Assembly: GCA_017995075.1 (NCBI GenBank)
Contig: JAGOJO010000006.1
Coordinates: 939-64,938, forward strand
Length of the DNA stretch: 64,000 nucleotides
Direction of reading: 5' to 3'
DNA from: Bacteroidia bacterium
Lineage (GTDB): Bacteria; Bacteroidota; Bacteroidia; AKYH767-A; OLB10
The translations under genes were made by a program, and so were the position numbers. Shown here in pieces: positions 16,462 through 25,262 of the stretch. Each line of letters begins with the position of its first letter. Position 1 is the stretch's first letter. The notes under the pieces were generated by a model. It searched no databases. It was not told the origin of the DNA and saw only the letters and a list, made by a program, of their open reading frames with translations.

Positions 16462-18711
16462 ATGAAAAATCTGAGCCTTTTTATCCTATTTCTACTCTTT
16501 GTACTTCCATCTAAAGCCCAAACATTTTACCGGAAAACTCCCGGAATCAGTGCTTCGGGATCAGTGAATGCGGTCGTTGCGACTACGAACGGTGGATATG
16601 CCATCTGTGGTACTTCCGCAGCTGATTCGGGCACCGTGTTCATCGGCAAGTACGATGCGTCAGGAAACAAAATCTGGTTACGTGAATTTGGTACATCAAC
16701 AGCACAATATGCCTTTGACTTCACCCAAACAACCGACGGAGGATTTGTAATTGTAGGCCGCAACGGTTACTGGGAATTTGAGATGCTGGTAATGAAAGTA
16801 GATTCATCGGGTAATCCGGTTTGGAAAAAAACATTTGCCTATGGAAACTTCGATCGGGCAAATGGTGTATGCAGTACAACAGATAATGGTGTGGTGATTG
16901 TTGGCAGGACTTACGAGATGGGACTACAACTCTATAGTCCGATAGCTTTTAAATTAAATGCTGCCGGTAATTTTGTCTGGGGTAAATCATTTAGCGGCTT
17001 AGAAGATGGAGGTTATTCAATTATCCGCACAACGGATGCAAAATATGCAATCAGCGGTGTCCATTACAGCGGAGGTGCACAAAGCATCTGCATCCAGAAA
17101 TTTGACAGCGCAGCAGTATACTGGTCATACACCATCGGCGGAGGAGGTTACGACTATACTTCTCCGGGAAAACGAATGATTGCCACCAGCGATAATGCAA
17201 TAGCAATCACAGCTACTGTTTCTTCCTTTGGAGCCGGAAACGCTGATATGCTGGCAGCCAAAATTTCAAATACAGGATCCCTGCTCTGGATGCGTGCAAT
17301 AGGAGGCACATCAAACGAAACCGGAAATTCAATAACTGAAGGTCCGAACAAACAAATATTCATCGGCGGCAATACAGAAAATCCGATTACCAACACGCTT
17401 TCATCGTACCTCGCCAGACTTGACTCAGCCGGAAGTTTCATTCAAGGCGGAACTTACTCGTTAGGCGGAAGCAATTCGATAAATGCATTGACCAGACTTA
17501 CAAGTGGCGAATTTATCGGAGCCGGTATTCTGAACATCAGTAGCGGAACCGGAACAGCCTGGTACGGTAACTTCGACGCAACAGGAAACAGCTGCAGTAA
17601 TTTTCTGCCATATGGAACTGCTACTAACGGAACTGCCTATACGTCATTTACTCCTTTCAACGGAAGTAGCACTATTTCCGGAGCAACACTTCAGCTGAAC
17701 GATAACTTCGGATCATCAGGATCTACAGTTTGCTCCTGCAATGGAAACATTTCTCCAGGTATCACCATCTCCTCTGCTGCAATTTGCTCCTTATCAGTTG
17801 CTACAATTCAGATCACCGGAAATACCGGAAGCACGAACTCGCTTTTCAGAAACGATACTCTCATCGGAAGCACGACCAATAATATTGCCTCCGTGAATCA
17901 GCCGGGAAATTATTATATCCTTCAACAGAACGGTTGTGGAACCGACACTTCCAATACTGTACAACTCACCGTTCACCCACTACCTACGGCCATCAATACA
18001 GCAATAGGAAGAACCACCTTCTGTGAGGGAGGAAGTGTGCTGCTTCAAACAAATAATCAGCCTGGCCATAGCTACCAATGGCGTAAAAACAGTGTAAATC
18101 AACCGCTGGCCACTCTCAGCTCCTATACAGCCACTTTATCCGGAAATTACAATGTAAGAGTCACCAACACCAGTACCGGGTGTTCCAAAACAAGCAATAC
18201 AATTGCAGTGACGACAAAACCTCAACCAGTTGCTAACGTCACCGCCACCGGTCCTACTACTTTCTGTGCAGGTGACAGTGTAGTCTTACAAGCCAACACC
18301 GGAAGCGGACTAACATATCAATGGAAGCTCTATGGAAATGATATTAGCGGAGCTGTTTCCTATAATTACACGGCGAAAGTGGCAGGCAATTACAGAGTGC
18401 GTGTTTACGGAAGCAACAACTGCTCTAAGCTTTCCAATCTAACAATTGTAAATGTTCCATGCAGGATTTCCGGACAACAGGAATCTCTACAGGCTTACCC
18501 GAATCCCTCCAATGGCACCTTTGAACTGATAATCCCTGAACCTGAATCAATCGTTCGAATATACTCTATGGAAGGACGACTTGTGTATGAAAACAGAAAC
18601 TACCGGTCAACAAATCCGATCGACCTTAGCAACGAAGGATCAGGAGTTTATTTATTGACTACTGAAAATTCCGGCGGCGTTCAATATATGAAGATGATAA
18701 TAACCGAATAA
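16462..18711 (+). CDS. secreted beta-propeller-like repeat protein with tandem Ig-like modules and T9SS CTD
   Basis: Signal peptide 'MKNLSLFILFLLFVLPSKAQ' (ATG at 16462). 'TTDGG(F/Y).I.G' repeats paralogous to 3125..4678. Two ~80-aa modules of the form 'TTFC.G.SV.LQ.N...YQW...GNY.VRV...CSK.SN'. CTD 'AYPNPSNGTFEL...GVYLLTT...MIITE'. Confidence 0.85.
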   Translation: MKNLSLFILFLLFVLPSKAQTFYRKTPGISASGSVNAVVATTNGGYAICGTSAADSGTVFIGKYDASGNKIWLREFGTSTAQYAFDFTQTTDGGFVIVGRNGYWEFEMLVMKVDSSGNPVWKKTFAYGNFDRANGVCSTTDNGVVIVGRTYEMGLQLYSPIAFKLNAAGNFVWGKSFSGLEDGGYSIIRTTDAKYAISGVHYSGGAQSICIQKFDSAAVYWSYTIGGGGYDYTSPGKRMIATSDNAIAITATVSSFGAGNADMLAAKISNTGSLLWMRAIGGTSNETGNSITEGPNKQIFIGGNTENPITNTLSSYLARLDSAGSFIQGGTYSLGGSNSINALTRLTSGEFIGAGILNISSGTGTAWYGNFDATGNSCSNFLPYGTATNGTAYTSFTPFNGSSTISGATLQLNDNFGSSGSTVCSCNGNISPGITISSAAICSLSVATIQITGNTGSTNSLFRNDTLIGSTTNNIASVNQPGNYYILQQNGCGTDTSNTVQLTVHPLPTAINTAIGRTTFCEGGSVLLQTNNQPGHSYQWRKNSVNQPLATLSSYTATLSGNYNVRVTNTSTGCSKTSNTIAVTTKPQPVANVTATGPTTFCAGDSVVLQANTGSGLTYQWKLYGNDISGAVSYNYTAKVAGNYRVRVYGSNNCSKLSNLTIVNVPCRISGQQESLQAYPNPSNGTFELIIPEPESIVRIYSMEGRLVYENRNYRSTNPIDLSNEGSGVYLLTTENSGGVQYMKMIITE

Positions 18712-18794
18712 TTTCTACGGAAACATTTTACCATCTGCTGACTACCATTTAATCAGAAATTCAGCCCGTCCAATAAAATCTTCCATTTTGCTCC

Positions 18795-18802
18795 TATCTT
18801 TG
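18795..18802 (+). promoter_or_regulatory. -7 box TATCTTTG upstream of the MORN-variant repeat gene
   Basis: Exact TAnnTTTG, 5 nt before the ATG at 18808. Confidence 0.4.
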
Positions 18803-18807
18803 GCAAT

Positions 18808-21800
18808 ATGTTCCCAAAACAAGTAGGCTGGCAAAAAACCATTGCCCTGTTCGTCTTTCTGCACCTATGCTTCTTTCAGGCTAAAGCGCAACCCGGATAC
18901 AATGTCCTCCCGGATACTATCGTAACCAAAAAAGGCAATGCAGAAACAATCACCATTAAAAACCAATCCGGAGTAACAATCGAGATCATCCGGTTAAAAG
19001 ATGGATTAAGAAATGGTGTACATGAAGTTTTCTCTCCTCAAGGCAAATTGATCATTAAAGATCATTTTCTCAATGGCCATCCACATGGAGATTTTGTCCG
19101 CTACGAATACAACGGAAAACTGTCAGAAAAGAAAAAATACTTATTTGACAAGGATTCAGGAAACTACTATTTACACGGACCATACGAACAATACAATAAT
19201 GGTCTGTTAGCAGAGAGAGGCAATTATTATTATGGCAAGCTGCAAGGGAAATTTCAGCAGTATCATCCATCAGGCATTCTGAAAACCAAAGCAGAATATG
19301 ACAATGGACTACTCACCGGTGAAAAAACCGAATATCACCACAGCGGAAAAATTCAATTTATCATTCATTATGCGATCAGAGAAGTAAACGGCAAGAAAGT
19401 TTCTTTAAAAAACGGACTCTATCAATCATTCAACAGTAATGGGTCTGTCGCCAACTATCAAAATTTCATTGACGATAAAAAGGACGGTAAATGCCTGGAG
19501 TACTATCCAACCGGAAGATTAAAAAAATCAGCAGTATATAAAGAAGACAAACTACATGGTCCATCACTGGACTATCTGGAAAACGGCACTTTAGAGCGAA
19601 GTATGACTTATTACGAGACCATACAAATCGGTGACAGCACTTACCGAAACATCTATGACGGTGAAAAATTACAATACTTCCGATCCGGAATGCTTCAATC
19701 CAGAGAAGTATACGATATGGGTAAAAAAACCGGAACCTGGGAGCGGTATTATGAAGGCAGTGGATTGCTGACAGAGAAAAAAAGCTTTGAAAACAATCTG
19801 CAAACCGGACCTTATCTATATTATGATCATCTCGGCAATAAATCAACCGAATCCACCTACATCATTTTAAAAACTGATAGTGGTGACTTCTCGATGAAAC
19901 ATGGACCGGAAAAAGCCTGGAATAAAGGTGCATTAACCATGGAAACCACCCATGTGTACAACAAAGAAGAAGGTATCAGGACAACCTATCACCCAAATGG
20001 CAAAATAGCAGGAACAATGCAATTTAAAAACGGATTGCTGCAGGGCCCTACGATTGAATATTATGAGAACGGAACAATAAAATCCTCCAGAACTTATAAA
20101 AGCTACTACGACTATAGCAACAGTCCGAAGTACAATTCAATTGGCTGGCAAAAACAATACGATGAAGCCGGAAATATCACCAGCAAATACTACTATGACA
20201 CTGCAGGACAGGTAACGCAATCCTTACTCTACGAAAACAACCGAATCACTCGTCTCTCCATCGACAAACACTTCGAAATAAACTACTCCCCATCACATAA
20301 AATCTCATCTGTCATATTCCGGAATCGTTACCACCAGGAAAGTTTTGGACTCTACTACTACCAAAACGGAAGAATAAGGAGGATTAACTTTCAAAATCCC
20401 GATCTCTCCGATAACAGCATCATCGACATCTCTTACGACGGCAAATATTTCCGTACCACTTCCGCCCGACACGAGGGATCGGAGAAACTAAAACCGGGAG
20501 ATGCCATCTGCAATTATGTGCGATCAATGATTGGAGAAGAATTAGCGCCATCTCCTTTATTCACAGACACTGTATTAAACGGAGAATATATTTTAAAATA
20601 TACCAACGGCAAACCACTTTGCATCATTCATTTTAAAGATGATTTTCCGGACGGCTCCTTCCTTGTATTTGATCCCTGGAAAGGAGACACTATGATCTAC
20701 CGGAACTTCAACGAAGGATTGGTCAATGGCTATTACATTGAAAAATTCGCAGGGAAATATCCGGTTTGCAAAGGCCAGACACCCGACAGCACCGGCATAG
20801 GCTGGGAAGAATTATTCCAGGTCAATGGGTTGCCATCAAGTAGAAAAACGTATAATAAAATCCCGGGACAAACTATCGAGAACTACGACTACTTCGATAC
20901 AGGGATTTTAAAGAGTGTATCTAACTACGCAAAAAAAACATATGTTCATTATGACTACGATGGAAAGATAACGAGTCAAAATGTAATCGTCAATGATACC
21001 GTCACCCGCTACACCGACTTCCACCCTGGCACGATCAAGCTAAAAACGGAACGTTATTACATCCGCGACAAAATGGACAGTACTATCACCACCTACCATT
21101 TGAATGGGCGCAAATCCAGTGTCCTGCGGTATAAAAACAACAAACGCAACGGCCTGTATGAAACATTTGATGAAAACGGAGATACTACTTATTCTGCCAC
21201 TTTCATCAATGACAAACTGGAAGGCTGGGTAAAGGTAAAAAAGAATGGCAAGGTCGAATTTTTGTATTACGAAAACGACAAACTCAATGTACAAACTCCT
21301 TCAGTAGCCTGCGGATGCATCGACACAAGCTATGCTTCCAACAGAATAAAATTTGCACCATCACTCAGTTCTTTACTCGACTACAGCGACTTAACAAACC
21401 GCAAATCGCTATGGGTACAATTCAGTGATAGCTTAAATTACAAATCTATATTCTACACCGGATTCCAACAAAGCAGCGGATTGAATAATAATGGGTTCGC
21501 CTCACTAAATCTGATGCTATTTAAAGAATTCGCTTTAAATATTCCTGCCGACGAACAAATAAAAATCAGCCTCAACCCCTGTCGCACCAATGGGTATATA
21601 AGCAGACTAAACACGACAGTCCAATACGGAGAAAATCCAGTGAACACTGACATCACCTTCCATCCTAAACGAATTTCACTCACTCTGCTGAAAGGACCGG
21701 TAAAAAGCAGCAATAGCGACCATCCCGGATTCACCTGCTTTTACAATCCCATCTCCATCGATTACAGGTACAATACCGGAATCTACATTACACCTGACAT

Positions 21801-22245
21801 GAACCCGGATTATTGCTTTACACCAGGCATCATCCGAGATTTCCTACAAGTTAAAATTGATGAAGGAACACCTGCATTAATCCAACACGATGAATTCCAG
21901 ATCGGAGGATTGTTACAGGAGAAGAATATAATTCGTGGAAATGAACTCGAAAAATTTTATGGAATTAACGCAATAGCCGGGACAATACAATTTAACTACA
22001 AGGTAAAATCAAACAACTTTGTTATTAAAGGTACAACTACAGCCACTTTACTTGGCGGATTATTTGCTGCCGGCAATATTCATATCTCCTGCAAAAGCAT
22101 TGACAAAACGAATTTCACCATCGGAAACAACACCATTAATTCTGATGATCTCGTAAATCTATTTACCAAATACGGATTCAGCAGAGTAAGCACCGAATAC
22201 GATCCTACTAAAATGCAACTAACCGTTTACTACTTTGCCGAATGA
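18808..22245 (+). CDS. secreted 1145-aa MORN-variant (YwqK-type) repeat protein with an unassigned ~315-aa C-terminal domain
   Basis: Signal peptide 'LCFFQAKAQ'. About 830 aa of units such as 'GKFQQYHPSGILKTKAEYDNGLLTGEKTEYHHSGKI' and 'KDGKCLEYYPTGRLKKSAVYKEDKLHG' (MORN_2/YwqK pattern). From about 21292 onward ('QTPSVACGCIDTSY...') the sequence is non-repetitive. Confidence 0.85.
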   Translation: MFPKQVGWQKTIALFVFLHLCFFQAKAQPGYNVLPDTIVTKKGNAETITIKNQSGVTIEIIRLKDGLRNGVHEVFSPQGKLIIKDHFLNGHPHGDFVRYEYNGKLSEKKKYLFDKDSGNYYLHGPYEQYNNGLLAERGNYYYGKLQGKFQQYHPSGILKTKAEYDNGLLTGEKTEYHHSGKIQFIIHYAIREVNGKKVSLKNGLYQSFNSNGSVANYQNFIDDKKDGKCLEYYPTGRLKKSAVYKEDKLHGPSLDYLENGTLERSMTYYETIQIGDSTYRNIYDGEKLQYFRSGMLQSREVYDMGKKTGTWERYYEGSGLLTEKKSFENNLQTGPYLYYDHLGNKSTESTYIILKTDSGDFSMKHGPEKAWNKGALTMETTHVYNKEEGIRTTYHPNGKIAGTMQFKNGLLQGPTIEYYENGTIKSSRTYKSYYDYSNSPKYNSIGWQKQYDEAGNITSKYYYDTAGQVTQSLLYENNRITRLSIDKHFEINYSPSHKISSVIFRNRYHQESFGLYYYQNGRIRRINFQNPDLSDNSIIDISYDGKYFRTTSARHEGSEKLKPGDAICNYVRSMIGEELAPSPLFTDTVLNGEYILKYTNGKPLCIIHFKDDFPDGSFLVFDPWKGDTMIYRNFNEGLVNGYYIEKFAGKYPVCKGQTPDSTGIGWEELFQVNGLPSSRKTYNKIPGQTIENYDYFDTGILKSVSNYAKKTYVHYDYDGKITSQNVIVNDTVTRYTDFHPGTIKLKTERYYIRDKMDSTITTYHLNGRKSSVLRYKNNKRNGLYETFDENGDTTYSATFINDKLEGWVKVKKNGKVEFLYYENDKLNVQTPSVACGCIDTSYASNRIKFAPSLSSLLDYSDLTNRKSLWVQFSDSLNYKSIFYTGFQQSSGLNNNGFASLNLMLFKEFALNIPADEQIKISLNPCRTNGYISRLNTTVQYGENPVNTDITFHPKRISLTLLKGPVKSSNSDHPGFTCFYNPISIDYRYNTGIYITPDMNPDYCFTPGIIRDFLQVKIDEGTPALIQHDEFQIGGLLQEKNIIRGNELEKFYGINAIAGTIQFNYKVKSNNFVIKGTTTATLLGGLFAAGNIHISCKSIDKTNFTIGNNTINSDDLVNLFTKYGFSRVSTEYDPTKMQLTVYYFAE

Positions 22246-24047
22246 GAACAACCACGTCCTTCCTTATACAATTAGTCATCTTTTGTCTGCCCTTATGCCT
22301 CAAAGCATCAGACAAAATAGTTTATGATGCAATCAATAATAAAGAGCTTGCCATTCAAAGCAGATATAAGACTGTCGAAGCAGTACAAATCAATTTCTAT
22401 GAAGAAACCGATGTAAACTATTTTCTACTTGAAAAGGCCAACACTTCCGCTGAAAAGAATTTACAAGAAAAACTTGAATCACTGGCCCTCAACAGCTGGA
22501 ACTCCGAACTAAGTCTGTTAAAGCTTTATAGTGAGGCCAAAAAAAGAATTGCCATCCTTCAGGAACTGGAATATAGCTCACAACGAAGATATGACTATGA
22601 CCAGGACCCAAGCAATGTTGAGCCCCGGCTAAAAGAGGTAGAAATGCAACCTATTTGTTTAGTCAACGATCAACTATGGCTTCGGATCAATTATCAGTTT
22701 ATCAGGGAGTCAAGCAATAATAATACATTCAAGATAGACATTACACATTATTACATTGCATCGCTATCCTCCGGGAGTTTAGAAAAGTTTACATTACCGG
22801 TAAATAAGTCAACCCATTTAAAAGTAGCCAATTTACTTTCACCCTACTTCACCTCACAATACCTCTATGCAACGGACAAACTGAATTCTGCTAGTGATTC
22901 CCGGAAAAGTGAATATGAGGAAGATGAAGAAGAAGTAGAATATTTTGGATCTAATTCTTCCGAAAAAAAAGAATGGCGAATAACATCAAACGACAGCGCA
23001 GTGATCTGCCGCCAGCTTTGCGAACGTTTACATTTTGAAGAATTAAATTTCTACTGGAACGGATGGACCGCAGTAGCTTGTTTCCAACCTTACTCCGCGA
23101 GCAGTCGAATTTACAACGGAGATGCATTCAGCATTCTTTTACCCGACCAGATTGTTGATTCATTGCGAAAAATAATACCTGAATTCCCATATTACAACAA
23201 CAAGAGCCAGATACAAACTTCTATTAAAGATTTTAATTATTACAAGATCATCGAACCAATTTCCGCGGTAAGTTATGCCCCTTCTCTGGAGAAACTCATT
23301 TCGTCACAAAACGATAAAAAAATACACAAAGTCCGCATTGAAAGTTATCAGCTATTCAAAAATAACGAAAAGACATTCCGGGGGAATTTTTTACTCGAGT
23401 ACAATGAAAAGGGCCAGCTGATACGCAAAACTTTTTTTGAAACAAACAATACTGTGCATTCCGATGAATCTTACTCCTACGACAGTAAAGGCCGTAAGAT
23501 ATCAGTTAATGGTCAAGGCTATCGCAAGCAGGCAATTCACAAGAAATACAAATACAATACCTCCGGGAATCTGCTGTCTTCATTGGAAATGGGAGACGAC
23601 AATGTATATATCGCCTACTTTTTCTACAATAAAGACAATATTTACATGATAGAGCAGGACGAAAACAACTTCCGCGATGAAGGAATAAAAAAACTAAGTT
23701 TTCGTAACAACGAACTTCGGTTTGCCAACACCGGCTACCAACTGAATGAAAAGAAAGAACCAGTATTTATAACCGGAAGCAAATACCGCTACGAAGACCT
23801 GCATATTGGCCGCGACTCGCTCGGTAGAATAATTGAATCGCATAGAGAAAACGATCGATACAATCAGTACTTTACTTACGATCAGCTTTCCCGATTTACT
23901 TTATTTCAGTCATACGACTATCAGCGACAGATCAGTAAAGTAGAATATTTCTATAAAGATTCAAACCCATTACCTTATCAGCAAATTAAAATTACCAATC
24001 AACACGAAACTGTCGAATCAGAGGTTTACACTTACGAATTCTACTAA
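22242..24047 (+). CDS. secreted 601-aa protein with an unassigned N-terminal half and a YD/RHS-like repeat C-terminal half
   Basis: Its start overlaps the upstream stop (ATGA at 22242-22245). Signal peptide 'VIFCLPLCLKASD'. Acidic patch 'EYEEDEEEVEY'. C-terminal units 'YSYDSKGRKIS','YKYNTSGNLLS','FTYDQLSRFTL','EYFYKDSNPL'. Confidence 0.8.
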   Translation: MRTTTSFLIQLVIFCLPLCLKASDKIVYDAINNKELAIQSRYKTVEAVQINFYEETDVNYFLLEKANTSAEKNLQEKLESLALNSWNSELSLLKLYSEAKKRIAILQELEYSSQRRYDYDQDPSNVEPRLKEVEMQPICLVNDQLWLRINYQFIRESSNNNTFKIDITHYYIASLSSGSLEKFTLPVNKSTHLKVANLLSPYFTSQYLYATDKLNSASDSRKSEYEEDEEEVEYFGSNSSEKKEWRITSNDSAVICRQLCERLHFEELNFYWNGWTAVACFQPYSASSRIYNGDAFSILLPDQIVDSLRKIIPEFPYYNNKSQIQTSIKDFNYYKIIEPISAVSYAPSLEKLISSQNDKKIHKVRIESYQLFKNNEKTFRGNFLLEYNEKGQLIRKTFFETNNTVHSDESYSYDSKGRKISVNGQGYRKQAIHKKYKYNTSGNLLSSLEMGDDNVYIAYFFYNKDNIYMIEQDENNFRDEGIKKLSFRNNELRFANTGYQLNEKKEPVFITGSKYRYEDLHIGRDSLGRIIESHRENDRYNQYFTYDQLSRFTLFQSYDYQRQISKVEYFYKDSNPLPYQQIKITNQHETVESEVYTYEFY

Positions 24048-24057
24048 CAGAAAGCAC

Positions 24058-25158
24058 TTATAAAGAATACCGTTTACCAGGTCGTAACCGGAGAACGCCT
24101 TTTAATTCGAGTTGCAACAATGTCGCTGCAAGCTTTGAAAATGACAATGCGGTAGCAGATGAAATGGCATCAATACCACATTCTCCAATCTCACGAAGAA
24201 ACTGAACAAGTTGCTCTTCCTCCGGCGTTAAATCAACGAACAATTGCGTCTGTACTGCAGGTAACGGCGCATTTTTATCATCTGTCCAGCCCATCATCCA
24301 TACCAGATCATTGGCTGATGTGATTAAACCCGCTTTGTTCTCACGGATATATTCATTACAGCCTTTACTATATGTATCCATTGCTCTGCCCGGCACAGCG
24401 AACACATCTCTGTTATAACCAATCGCCAGATCAGCAGTAATCAATGCACCACCTTTTCCGGAAGCTTCCACCACCACAATAGCGTCACACATACCGGCGA
24501 CAATACGATTCCTTGTCGGAAAATTTTCACGATCAGGATTGGTGCCACTCGGATATTCGGTCAGCAGTCCACCCTGCCGAATCATTTTCCCTGCAGTAGT
24601 CCGATGCACCTGCGGATATATCCGATCCATTCCATGCGCCACTACTCCAATGGTTGGCATCTGATTCCGCAAGGCCGCCTCATGTGCAGAAATATCAATA
24701 CCGTATGCAAGTCCGCTCACAATGGTTACATCAAACCCCTTCAATCCCTCCACCAACTGTTGCGTCATCTCCTCACCGTAAGGGGTAGCCGAACGTGTTC
24801 CGACTACACCTACAAATCGCTGATCATTTAACGACGACGTGCCCTTGTAATAGAGCAGTACCGGCGCATCCGGACATTGATTTAAACGTTTAGGATACGC
24901 TTCATCCGTGTAAAAAAGACCCATCACCTTATGGCGTTGCATAAATTTCAGTTCCGCCTCCGCCTGATCGAGGACCGGAGATGCAAATGCTTTCCGGATT
25001 CTTTTCGCACCAACGCCGGGAATTTTTGCCAACAATTGTTTTTTCTCACGGAATACCGCCTCCGCACTTCCACAATATTGGTACAGTGCACGGGAAATTA
25101 CAGGTCCCACATTGGGCAATAAACTCAAGGCAATACGATAGATTTGTTCCTGTTCCAT
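24058..25158 (-). CDS. dprA: DNA-processing protein DprA
   Basis: 'GVVGTRSATPYG' and 'VSGLAYGIDISAHEAAL' form the Rossmann-like DprA core, followed by a C-terminal winged-helix tail. The ATG at 25158 ('MEQEQIYRIAL') is preferred to the GTG at 25170. Confidence 0.9.
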   Translation of the reverse strand: MEQEQIYRIALSLLPNVGPVISRALYQYCGSAEAVFREKKQLLAKIPGVGAKRIRKAFASPVLDQAEAELKFMQRHKVMGLFYTDEAYPKRLNQCPDAPVLLYYKGTSSLNDQRFVGVVGTRSATPYGEEMTQQLVEGLKGFDVTIVSGLAYGIDISAHEAALRNQMPTIGVVAHGMDRIYPQVHRTTAGKMIRQGGLLTEYPSGTNPDRENFPTRNRIVAGMCDAIVVVEASGKGGALITADLAIGYNRDVFAVPGRAMDTYSKGCNEYIRENKAGLITSANDLVWMMGWTDDKNAPLPAVQTQLFVDLTPEEEQLVQFLREIGECGIDAISSATALSFSKLAATLLQLELKGVLRLRPGKRYSL

Positions 25159-25209
25159 AGTTAAAATCACCTTCGGGACTGTGTATAAAAATCACCGATT
25201 GGGATGCTG

Positions 25210-25217
25210 CAAATATA
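25210..25217 (-). promoter_or_regulatory. -7 box TATATTTG upstream of dprA
   Basis: Exact TAnnTTTG on the minus strand, 51 nt before the ATG at 25158. Confidence 0.35.
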
Positions 25218-25262
25218 CAACAATTCGATTTTTTTCGCATCTTTTGGCCAAAATTAAATCCT

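Noticed and set aside
25171-25262. Possible riboswitch upstream of the TonB-dependent receptor
   Set aside because: The divergent intergenic region is only ~100 nt and also holds the dprA promoter. That is too short for a cobalamin or TPP aptamer, and no conserved aptamer motifs are seen.
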